From the NCBI GenBank assembly GCA_965207225.1, contig CBDBLV010000004.1, positions 576,001 through 640,000 of the forward strand: a DNA stretch of 64,000 bases. The letters run 5' to 3'. Positions 21,452-30,003 of this stretch are shown one piece after another (position 1 is the first letter of the stretch; the number at the start of each line of letters is the position of its first letter). Both the position numbers and the translations under genes were made by a program. The stretch is from Dehalococcoidia bacterium (GTDB lineage: Bacteria > Chloroflexota > Dehalococcoidia > Plut-88900). The notes beneath the pieces are model-generated. The model was not told the origin of the DNA. It saw only the letters and a program-made list of their open reading frames with translations, and did not search any database.

Positions 21452-21568
21452 CCGGCGGCGACCTATTTTCCGCGGAGAGTTGCCCCTCTAGTATCGTCGG
21501 CGCAGAGGTGTTTCACTTCCGTGTTCGGAATGAGAACGGGTGGGCCCACCTCGCTATAGCCACCGCAG
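21452..21568 (-). rRNA. rrf: 5S rRNA, unlinked from 23S
   Basis: Reverse complement GGTGGCTATAGCG..CACCCGTTCTCATTCCGAACACGGAAGTGAA..GCGCCGACGATACT..GGAAAATAGGTCGCCGCC; flanking AAAGGCAC/GTGCCTTT stem and U-tract. Confidence 0.95.
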
Positions 21569-21587
21569 TGCCTTTATTCAGGGACGA

Positions 21588-21616
21588 ATTCTACTATGAC
21601 ACCGATGTCGGCGCAA
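21588..21616 (-). promoter_or_regulatory. sigma70-like promoter for the 5S gene
   Basis: TTGCGC-17-TAGAAT just upstream of the 5S precursor stem. Confidence 0.65.
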
Positions 21617-21787
21617 GGGCTTGTGTTCGTTCCGGAGGTTGGCGACATGCTAAGTCTCTATTCAGTTGTGGGGGGTGGGGTTTTGGTTGAACGTTGATTG
21701 AACTCGTAGCTGGTTTGATTGAATGACGCCTAAAGGGATTGCTGAGAATTTCGCGTGGTGCGGGGAGGGGATGCCTCCAGCCCCGCG

Positions 21788-21905
21788 GGGGAACCCTCAC
21801 CCCCTTGGTCCCCCTCTCCCTTGGGGCCTTAAAGGGAGAGGGGGAGAGAAGAACAGAGGAAGAGGTTGGCGCTGCAGCGCCAACCTCTTCCTCTAGTTCA
21901 GTACT
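21788..21905 (-). repeat. Variable-palindrome repeat, copy B
   Basis: Perfect 40-bp palindrome 21855-21894 with the same flanks as copy A. Confidence 0.8.
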
Positions 21906-22036
21906 GGTAAGAGGGGAGGGTATGACGCATAAGGAAGCGCAGGGCGTGGATTCCCGCTTGGGGGCCGGAATAGCGGGATTGGAAGTTATTCAGTTTGGGG
22001 GCACGTTGTCGGTTCTGTCTGTTGGGGTTTAGGGTC

Positions 22037-22495
22037 GGCGATGGAAGACGCACCTGGAGCGGTGACCCCGCAGGGTGTCGCTGGCCCGGCCGTACGGGGT
22101 CGGTCAGTCCGGTCCCGCCTCACTGGACGGTCGGACTGCGGCCGGCAGAAGCCCCTTTCTTTAGTGTCGGCTTGGAGGCGTCCCAGGGCTGGGGACGTGT
22201 CTCCGCCGCTGCCTAGATCTGGCTGTGTAGGCGGACATACGGGTCCGTCATCCGTCACAGGTTCCAATAAACGGGTTAGCTGCGCTGTAAGTGAATACAG
22301 GAAGGGGAATGTCCAGAGTCATGTCCCCACGCAGGAGTACGGGGTTTCCAGTTCGCCGCCTGTATCCAGGAACCCGGAGTGGCGGTCTGCCCAGTTTCAT
22401 TTGCTGAAGCGGACGGAGAGCCGAGCGGTCCTCGGCTACGGGCGACCCCGTTCCGCTCCTTAGGTCGGGTTGCTCCAGGGCGTCTTTCCATCGCC
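22037..22495. ncRNA. Putative structured non-coding domain, cassette 2 (unknown family)
   Basis: Terminal IR GGCGATGGAAGACGCACCTGGAGC / GCTCCAGGGCGTCTTTCCATCGCC; ends and one internal hairpin shared with 58885-59332. Confidence 0.6.
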
Positions 22496-22832
22496 TGGGG
22501 GGACAGGGGAATGTGATGGGTCGGGACGATGTGGAGGAGATGGCGCCTTTCGCTTGTGCCGCAGGCCTCTCTTTTATCCGTTCTTAATACCCTTCGACAA
22601 GCTCAGGGCGAACGGAACGGAGAAGGCCGTTGGGATGGGCCAGGACGTTGAGTCCTCCGGGCGCCGGGATAGGAGATGGCGTCTGTCGCTTGTGCCGCAA
22701 CCTGTCCGCCTCACAAGGGAGGGGAGAGGCATTGGGATGGGCTTGGGCGTTGAGTCCTCTCGGGCGCCGGGGTTGTTCCCCTTGGGTTTTCGGGTTCCTC
22801 CTTAAGGTGGTGTCGGGTCTAGACTTAGAACA

Positions 22833-22861
22833 AATATAAAGCTCAAGTGTTTGCATGTCAA
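22833..22861 (-). promoter_or_regulatory. sigma70-like promoter of cassette 2
   Basis: TTGACA-17-TATATT. Confidence 0.7.
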
Positions 22862-22904
22862 GGGGTATGTTACGTTTATGGAGGGAATATCCCCCGGTCC
22901 CCCA

Positions 22905-23044
22905 GGAAACCCTCACCCCCTTGATCCCCCTCTCCCCCTCGAGGGACTCGGGGCAGGCTCTTAGGGCCTTTAAGGGAGAGGGGGAAAGAAGAACAGAGAC
23001 AGACGTGGGTGCGTTGCACCCACGTCTGTCTTTAGTTCAGTACT
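22905..23044 (-). repeat. Variable-palindrome repeat, copy C (with nested short insert)
   Basis: 16-bp perfect stem AGACAGACGTGGGTGC-GTT-GCACCCACGTCTGTCT, same flanks. Confidence 0.8.
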
Positions 23045-23064
23045 GAGGGGACAGAACCCCGCCC

Positions 23065-23357
23065 CAGATTCCTCGCGGGGCATCGGAATGACAGTGAGGG
23101 GTGTGATTGGCTATGGAGGGATGCGACGGGTCGGCAGGATGTGGGCCTCGCCCCGCTCATACTTCGAGGGCCTCAGCACGAGCGGCCCCACCCCAGGGCA
23201 ATCCTTTGTGATTGCCGCTACGCGGGAGGGGATACCCCCAGCTCCACGGGATGGATTCCCGATCGGAGTCGGGAATGACGGATGTGAGGAGGGATGCCAG
23301 GGGTGAGGGACGTGAGTGGGCAAGTCCTAGATTCCTCGCGGGGCATCGGAATGACAG
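23065..23357 (-). repeat. Cluster of REP-like repeats upstream of cassette 2
   Basis: AGATTCCTCGCGGGGCATCGGAATGACAG twice; GGATTCCCGA..TCGGGAATGAC; CCGCTC..GAGCGG. Confidence 0.75.
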
Positions 23358-23479
23358 GGGAGAAGGGGGCGGGGCGATGGGGAAGGCGGTAGTGATCCAG
23401 GCAGAACATGGATTGTTCCCGTAGCTGTATGATTGTTTTCGAGAAAACTCTCTATGAGATTAGGAGAAGGGGGTTTGGA

Positions 23480-24274
23480 GTGTCGGGTAGAGATGAGTGT
23501 CGGGAGGGAATCCTGGACTCGGCGGAGTTTCCCCGTTCGGCGAAGTATGATCCTGAATGGGTCCTGGAGAACATGATGGGGCCGAACGCCCTGTGGTTGA
23601 CGGAGTCCCTGGCAGGGTGCATGAATTTCGAACCGAATATGCGGGTCCTGGACATGGGCTGCGGCAAGGGGCTCAGCTCCATATTCCTGGCGAAGGAGTA
23701 CGGGGTGGAGGTCTGGGCGACGGACTTATGGGTAGATGCGAGCGATAACTTTCAGCGCTTTTGTGCGGCAGGTGTTGAAGACAGGGTGTACCCCATACAT
23801 GCGGAAGCGCACGCACTGCCATACGCCGACGGCTTCTTCAACGCCATTGTGAGCGTGGACGCCTATCACTATTTCGGGACGGATGACCTCTACCTACAGA
23901 CCCACATGGCGAGGCTTATCAAGCCCGGTGGCCAAATGGGGATTGTGGTCCCCGGGTTGGTGGAAGAGCTGACAGCGAACGAGCCCCCGGAACACCTAGA
24001 GAACTATTGGGAGCCCGCCTTGTTCAGCCTGCACAGCCCGACCTGGTGGAGGCGTCACTGGGAACGAAGCGGCCTCGTGACAGTCGAACTTGCCGATTTG
24101 ATCCCGGATGGATGGAAGCTCTGGATGGTGTCGGACCGGGCCTGGTCTGAGCGGCTGGGCAAGCCCAGCGAAGAGGCCGATATGCTGGCCCTGGATGGGG
24201 GTCGTGCCCTGGGGTTCACACGCATGGTTGCCCGCAGGAACGAAAGGCCGGCGGCGCGGCTGGATGCGCTGTAG
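23480..24274 (+). CDS. SAM-dependent methyltransferase
   Basis: MMGPNALWL, VLDMGCGKGLSS, DAYHYFG; start uncertain. Confidence 0.9.
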   Translation: MSGRDECREGILDSAEFPRSAKYDPEWVLENMMGPNALWLTESLAGCMNFEPNMRVLDMGCGKGLSSIFLAKEYGVEVWATDLWVDASDNFQRFCAAGVEDRVYPIHAEAHALPYADGFFNAIVSVDAYHYFGTDDLYLQTHMARLIKPGGQMGIVVPGLVEELTANEPPEHLENYWEPALFSLHSPTWWRRHWERSGLVTVELADLIPDGWKLWMVSDRAWSERLGKPSEEADMLALDGGRALGFTRMVARRNERPAARLDAL

Positions 24275-24415
24275 CAGGGAAGGGATCAAGTCGGGCAGGG
24301 TTCGCGGGCCAATAGGGGATTGCGTGGAGGCGTTGTCGAGAGCAGGCAATGGGGAAGGGGTTGGGCCCGGACTACTAAGTGCTGGGCCAGCAGGCTTCGG
24401 TAAGCGGGGCCGTCA

Positions 24416-24706
24416 CTACATCTTTTCAATCAGCTCTACGGCCTGGGACTTGGGGAAGGCTTTTAGGGTAGTGAAGCGGATGTTGCCTTCTTTGCCGGTG
24501 CCCATGGAGAAGGTGAGCATTGTCTCGTCGTCGGGGAATTCGAAGATGCCTACGAAGTCGTGGGCGCCGAGGGTGAAGTAGATGGCTTCGATCCTGCCGC
24601 CCAGCTTTTCGACCCTGGCAGCAGCGCTAGCCATCCTGTCGGGCGCTGCCTTGACAGCCTGAATGCCCTTGTCGGTGTAGTTTCCAAGTACCACGTAATA
24701 CGGCAT
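24416..24706 (-). CDS. GYD domain protein
   Basis: YTDKGI..R..A..LGG..YFTLGAHD..GNIRFTTLKAF. Confidence 0.88.
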   Translation of the reverse strand: MPYYVVLGNYTDKGIQAVKAAPDRMASAAARVEKLGGRIEAIYFTLGAHDFVGIFEFPDDETMLTFSMGTGKEGNIRFTTLKAFPKSQAVELIEKM

Positions 24707-24757
24707 GTTTTGCTCCTTATGTTCAGCGCGCCGAAAGTTCAGTCGGGTATAGGCCCA

Positions 24758-25825
24758 CTATCCGGGACTCGTGAAGGCCAGGGCCCGGGCGGGGTTCCCC
24801 ACCAGAATCTGATCGATCTCCTCTGCGAGGAAACCTTTGCGTCGCATGATGGGCATGACATTCTCGATGATATGGGCGTAGCCGTGGCCACCGTACTGAG
24901 TTAGACGGTGCTTGTTACAGATATCGTGGGCCATGAGGGCCTGCCCTAACCGGCCCGTGTCCCGAAGGTGCAGGAAGTAGTCCAGCCTCTTGCCGTCGTT
25001 GGGCATGTCGATGGGGGAGAAGGGATAGAAAGTAGTCTCGGAGCCGAATAGGTCGAACTCGATGAAGCAGCCGGTTTCGGCGAGCTTATCGAGGGTGTCG
25101 TTATCAAAGATGGTGCGGTCGACGTGGCTCATTATTGAGCGGGTCGGGTCTCCGCCCGACTCCCGGACAATCTCCATGATCTCGAGGGGTGCCTGGGGGT
25201 TGCGGCCGGGGTGGATGAGGAGGGGGGCGCCGGTGATGGTCTGGGCCCGGGCGGCGGCGCGCAGGCTCTTGCGTTCGTTGTCGTGGAGGGGCCACGTACA
25301 CCCGACCTCGCCAATGACACCCGACTTGATTCCCGTGTCCCCAACGCCTTCGGTGATGTCGCGCACTATTTCCTCGACTATCTCGTCCTCGGACTTATCG
25401 TTAATGCTGGCCGGCTGGTATTCGTGGACGTAGTAGCCGGAACCCATTATGACGTTGAGGTCGGTGGCCCGGGCTATACGGGCCAGGCCGAGGGGGTCGC
25501 GCTTGATCCCGACGCTGGTGGCATCGACGATGGTCCGGCCACCGGACCTCCTGAAGCGGGCTGCTTCCGTTACGGCAGTGTCTTCGTCCAAAAGCTCCAT
25601 GTTGTCCTTGTTGCCACCATAGTTGTAGCGGACCCACCAGAGGTTATCCATGGTAACGGGCTGGTAGGCGAAGGAGTAGCTGGAGGCATCGTCGGGGGGT
25701 TGGAAGGTGGAGCCGAGGTCGACCAGCAGGTGTTCGTGGGTGAGGGAGATCCCGAGCTCGTCCGCGGCTACGGGACCCAGGACGGTCTGAGCTTTTCCGG
25801 CGAGTCCTGAATCAGGCATGGTCAA
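24758..25825 (-). CDS. Phosphotriesterase-related protein
   Basis: THEHLL, GIKRDP, GEVG, IHPG, SHVDR, HDIC. Confidence 0.92.
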   Translation of the reverse strand: MTMPDSGLAGKAQTVLGPVAADELGISLTHEHLLVDLGSTFQPPDDASSYSFAYQPVTMDNLWWVRYNYGGNKDNMELLDEDTAVTEAARFRRSGGRTIVDATSVGIKRDPLGLARIARATDLNVIMGSGYYVHEYQPASINDKSEDEIVEEIVRDITEGVGDTGIKSGVIGEVGCTWPLHDNERKSLRAAARAQTITGAPLLIHPGRNPQAPLEIMEIVRESGGDPTRSIMSHVDRTIFDNDTLDKLAETGCFIEFDLFGSETTFYPFSPIDMPNDGKRLDYFLHLRDTGRLGQALMAHDICNKHRLTQYGGHGYAHIIENVMPIMRRKGFLAEEIDQILVGNPARALAFTSPG

Positions 25826-25923
25826 GCCTCGATTCCCTTATAGCGACCGTAGTGGACGGCCGCGACTGCATGCGACACCAATTGCGAGCTGGCCCCACTA
25901 AGCTCCAAGTTGTACGGTGGGAT

Positions 25924-27219
25924 TTAGCCTCGGGCCTGGTCGAGGGCGTAGTCCATGGCCTCGATGGTCTTGGCGATGTCGTCGTCGGAGTGGGCGCTGG
26001 CGGTGTAGAACTTGGAGTCGCCCTTGAGAACCCCGGACTCCAGCATGGCGTGGTTGAAGCGGCCCATCATCGAGCTGTCGGCCTTGAGGGTGTCACGGTA
26101 GTTCTCCACTTCATCAACGCCGAAATAGACATCGAAGCAGGGGGCTTCACCTACGACGGTACCGTGGATCTCCTTCTCTTTTAGCATCCTGTCCATCTCG
26201 GCCATCAGCTTGTTGCCAGTGGACCAGAGCCGGTCGACTCCACCTTCCTTGAGGATCTTGAGGGTCGCCAGGCCAGCGGTTGCTGCAACCGGGTTGCCGC
26301 TCAGGGTTCCGACGCCGGGGACGAAGGTGCCGTCCTCCTTGGAAACGGGGTCGAAGACACGCATGATCTCTTCACGGCCTGCGACCGCGGAGAGGGGGTA
26401 ACCGCCGCCCACTGCTTTGCCGAAGGTAGCCATGTCGGGGGTGACGCCGTAGTACTGCTGGGCGCCGCCGTAGGACCAGCGGAATCCGGTTACGACCTCG
26501 TCGAAGATCAAGGGGATCTGGTAGTGGCTGGTGATCTCGCGGAGGCCCTGGAGGAAGCCGGGTTTGGGCGGGATGATGCGCTGGCAGCACTCGGTGATGA
26601 CTGCGCCGAGCTCATCGTGGTGCTTTTCGATGACTGCCTGGGTGGTTTCGAGATCATTGAAGGGGCAGATGAGGACCTCGTTCTCCAATACCGCGGGGAT
26701 GCCGGCGGAATTGCGGCTGGGTCGGGGGAAGTCGCGCATTTCGGTCGGGGTTACGCTCATGAGGGCGTAGTCGTTGGTGCCGTGATAGCCGCCTTCGAAC
26801 TTGAGGATCTTGTCCCGGCCCCGGAAGGCCCGAGCTGCTTTCATGGCGAAGTAAGTGGCCTCGGAGCCGCTTGAGAGGAATTTCACCTGCTCGGCGCAGG
26901 GAATGGCGTTGACCATTTCCTCGGCGAGGTTGACGGCTGCGCCGCCGGTGGCGAAATAGGTGCTTCCCTTGCCAATAACTTCGGAAACGGCGGCAACGAC
27001 GTCCGGGTGGGAGTGACCAACGAGCATGGGGCCGGAGCCCAGCAGGTAGTCTATGTACTCGTTGCCGCTGTAGTCCCAGACCTTGGAGCCCAGGGATTCT
27101 TTGATAATCAGCGCATCTTCAGGTTTGAAAAAGATGTTGCCGGTCGAGCCTCCGGGGAGGTACTTGGCGGCCTTGGCCATCATGGCTTCTTCTTCGGGTG
27201 TCCTCTGCTGTCTCGACAT
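25924..27219 (-). CDS. Class III aminotransferase, glutamate-1-semialdehyde aminomutase-like
   Basis: GNEYIDY, SGSEAT, KFEGGYHG, FDEVVTGFR, GKAVGGG. Confidence 0.92.
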   Translation of the reverse strand: MSRQQRTPEEEAMMAKAAKYLPGGSTGNIFFKPEDALIIKESLGSKVWDYSGNEYIDYLLGSGPMLVGHSHPDVVAAVSEVIGKGSTYFATGGAAVNLAEEMVNAIPCAEQVKFLSSGSEATYFAMKAARAFRGRDKILKFEGGYHGTNDYALMSVTPTEMRDFPRPSRNSAGIPAVLENEVLICPFNDLETTQAVIEKHHDELGAVITECCQRIIPPKPGFLQGLREITSHYQIPLIFDEVVTGFRWSYGGAQQYYGVTPDMATFGKAVGGGYPLSAVAGREEIMRVFDPVSKEDGTFVPGVGTLSGNPVAATAGLATLKILKEGGVDRLWSTGNKLMAEMDRMLKEKEIHGTVVGEAPCFDVYFGVDEVENYRDTLKADSSMMGRFNHAMLESGVLKGDSKFYTASAHSDDDIAKTIEAMDYALDQARG

Positions 27220-27356
27220 GGCTTCTCCCTCGGGGCTGGATTTGCCCATAGAATATCACGGGGGGAGTCGGTAAGGAACCGATGGGCAGACTTGACACTG
27301 TATTCCCCCTTTACCTATGTTTAGCGATGCACTCGGGCAGTAAGAGGAGGTCCAAA

Positions 27357-27809
27357 ATGCTAAAGGCCGGAGACCAGGCCCCCGATTTCGAGGCGGTGCT
27401 GGACAATGGAGAGAAAGTATCGCTCAGTCAGTTCAAGGGCAAGAACGTGGTCCTATACTTCTATCCTAAAGACAACACGTCAGGTTGAACCAGGGAAGCA
27501 TGCGACTTCCGGGACAATATCTCGTCCCTGGAAGACAAGAACGCCGTGGTTCTCGGCGTCAGCCCCGACAGTGTGAAGTCTCACCAGAAGTTCAAGGACA
27601 AATTCGACCTGCCATTCCCGCTCATTAGCGACGAGGCCAAGGACGTAGCGCAGGCCTATGGTGTGTGGCGAGAGAAGAAGATGTACGGGAAAACGCGCAT
27701 GGGGATCGTGCGTTCGACCTTCATTATTGATGGCGATGGCATGATTGCCAAGGCCTACGATTCAGTGAAGGTTGCCGGACACGCAGATGACGTGATAGCG
27801 AGCATCTAG
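27357..27809 (+). CDS. bcp: BCP/PrxQ peroxiredoxin, selenocysteine at UGA 27486-27488
   Basis: FYPKDNTSG-(TGA)-TREACDF in frame with the downstream half; TGA occupies the peroxidatic Cys of PxxxTxxC; GAGGAGG RBS. Confidence 0.85.
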
Positions 27810-27839
27810 CCTTCAGATTGCCTACCGCCGGAGGACACT

Positions 27840-28631
27840 ATGAGGCCGAACAAGATTAAACAGCTCTGGAGAGAAGGCAAGCCTGCGGCGATAGCGTGGG
27901 TCGGGAGTGCGGACCCTTACATGGCCGAAGTGCTGGCCAACGTGGGCCTCGATGCGCTGGTGCTGGACATGCAGCACGGCATGGGCATCGGGCCCGACAG
28001 AGCCGCGCAGTGGTTCCAGGCAGTCAGTACGACGGGCACCGTACCGATGGCCCGGGTCCCGTGGAACGATCCGGTCTGGTTCCAGTGGGTGCTGGACGCG
28101 GGAGCGTACGGGGTCATCGTGCCCCTGGTGAACGACGGTGAAGAGGCGGCGAAGGCGGGCATGTCCTGTCGATATCCGCCCATCGGGTTCAGGAGCATCG
28201 GGCCGAACAGGGCCACGCTGTACGCAGGCTCCGACTACCTGGCGCAGGCTAATGAAGAGATCATCTGCCTAGTGATGGTAGAGAACATCAACACGATCCC
28301 TAACCTGGAGGAGATGGCAAAGGTCCCGGGAATCGACGGGTTCTACATCGGGCCGGCGGATTTGGCTATTTCTATGGGGGTCAATCCGCGGGACTACCGG
28401 TCGAGTAAAGAGCACGCGGAGGCTTCTCAAAAGGTGCTGGACGTGGCTCGGGCGAACGGGATCGTTGCAGGAACGCATTGCGGAAGCCCTGAGGAAGCGA
28501 AGGAGCGGTTCGAGCAGGGATTCGTGATGTGCCCTGTGCTTTCGGATGCGGGGTTGCTGGCGTCGGCGGCTCGGAATGCGCTGGAGAGAGCTAAGACCCC
28601 GGAGGTCGACGCGGCGAAGCCGTTCTACTAG
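27840..28631 (+). CDS. HpcH/HpaI aldolase family
   Basis: DMQHG, ARVP, LDAGAYG, YPPIGFRS, MVE, IGPADL. Confidence 0.92.
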   Translation: MRPNKIKQLWREGKPAAIAWVGSADPYMAEVLANVGLDALVLDMQHGMGIGPDRAAQWFQAVSTTGTVPMARVPWNDPVWFQWVLDAGAYGVIVPLVNDGEEAAKAGMSCRYPPIGFRSIGPNRATLYAGSDYLAQANEEIICLVMVENINTIPNLEEMAKVPGIDGFYIGPADLAISMGVNPRDYRSSKEHAEASQKVLDVARANGIVAGTHCGSPEEAKERFEQGFVMCPVLSDAGLLASAARNALERAKTPEVDAAKPFY

Positions 28632-28635
28632 GCCA

Positions 28636-29889
28636 TTAAGGCATTCGGTTCTTCGGTCGTTGGAAAGGCACGCCCCTGGAAGCGATGGCGAAGGGGGCTG
28701 CGACGATCGTCGCAATCCCGAAGGCTACGAACACCCAGGTGTATTCCCCCATACGGTCAAAGGTCAGGCCTGCGAGGTAGGGGCCCAGGATTGCCCCAAT
28801 GGCATAGGGCGCCGATAGCATTCCTTGAATTGCGCCGATGTGCCTGTGGCCGAATTCGTCGGCCAGGAGAGGGTAGAGGACCGACCCGTAAGACTGCGCC
28901 GACAAACCGAAAATGCCTATGAACAAGGCAAGGGTCCAAGTGCTTTCCACGTTGGCGAGGGCCAATATGCCCAGCCCTTGTAGCAGATATGAGGCCGCCA
29001 GTACGATTCGCTTGTTCAACACGTCTCCCAGCCAGCCAAAACCCATCTTGGGCACAAGCCCGAGCACAGTGTAAGACGCGACTACCCAACCGCCCGTAGT
29101 GGTGGAAAGGCCCTCGGCTTCCAGGTGGGGCAAAACGTGGACGTAGACGGCGGCCAGCCCGAATATGGCCAGGAGCTGCCCTATGCCGAGGGCCCAGAAG
29201 GTCCACGTTTTCAGGGCTTCCGCAAGGGTGTAGTCTTGACCCTCGCCGCGGGTGAGGGCCGGTGCGACCGGAGGGGGACGGTCCAGGCCGTCCGGGTGGT
29301 AGCCGTACTGCTCGGGTTTGTGGCGGAGGGCCGCGGAGGTCGGGATTCCGACTATGACGAGGCCAATGGCAGCGGCCACGGAGGCCGTCCTCCAGCTGTA
29401 GGCGTCGATTATCCAGACAAGAAGCGGGGCAAGGAGGCCCCCGACATTCGATCCGCCCAGCAGTACACCATTGGCCTTGCCCCGGTGCTTGCGGAACCAA
29501 ATCGCCGCCAAAGCCGGGCCGATGCCAGCGAAGAAGATGGTCCAGCCGACGGAGAGGATGGCAAAGTCGAGGTAGAAGCTCCATGCGGAGTCGCTAACGG
29601 CTAGAAGCAGCAATGCTCCCGCGCCCAGGGCCGTGGCGATGAACATGAGGAGTCGGCCCCCGATACGGTCGAAGAGCAGGCCGACAACCACAGACCCGAC
29701 TCCCGCCATACCCTGTTGCATGGAAAAGGCAAGGGAAGTGGCTGCGCTGGAAAGTCCGAAGGTCTCCTTCCAAGGGTTGAAGAATGCCGTGAACCCGGAC
29801 CCCATCACGCCCGACCAGTAGAAGTTGATAAAGAAGAAGGAGATGGCTATCCACCATCCGTAGAAGATGCGGGGTCGGCGGTCCGGCAT
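28636..29889 (-). CDS. MFS transporter (OFA/MCT-like)
   Basis: FYGWWI, DRIGGR, WFRKHRGKA. Confidence 0.9.
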   Translation of the reverse strand: MPDRRPRIFYGWWIAISFFFINFYWSGVMGSGFTAFFNPWKETFGLSSAATSLAFSMQQGMAGVGSVVVGLLFDRIGGRLLMFIATALGAGALLLLAVSDSAWSFYLDFAILSVGWTIFFAGIGPALAAIWFRKHRGKANGVLLGGSNVGGLLAPLLVWIIDAYSWRTASVAAAIGLVIVGIPTSAALRHKPEQYGYHPDGLDRPPPVAPALTRGEGQDYTLAEALKTWTFWALGIGQLLAIFGLAAVYVHVLPHLEAEGLSTTTGGWVVASYTVLGLVPKMGFGWLGDVLNKRIVLAASYLLQGLGILALANVESTWTLALFIGIFGLSAQSYGSVLYPLLADEFGHRHIGAIQGMLSAPYAIGAILGPYLAGLTFDRMGEYTWVFVAFGIATIVAAPFAIASRGVPFQRPKNRMP

Positions 29890-30003
29890 AGGGGTGTTTC
29901 TCCTGAGGGACACTCAGGGCCGCGTGCGGGTCACGGGCATGATAGACACAAGGCCAGTCGGCAACAAGGGGAAGGGAGGCGTTGGGGAAGAAGGAATGGG
30001 GGG

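Noticed and set aside
22037-22495. RNase P, tmRNA, group II intron or retron identity
   Set aside because: I found no GAGGAAAGUCC P4 motif, tRNA-like ends, GUGYG/domain V or adjacent RT. A cmscan is still needed to exclude these formally.
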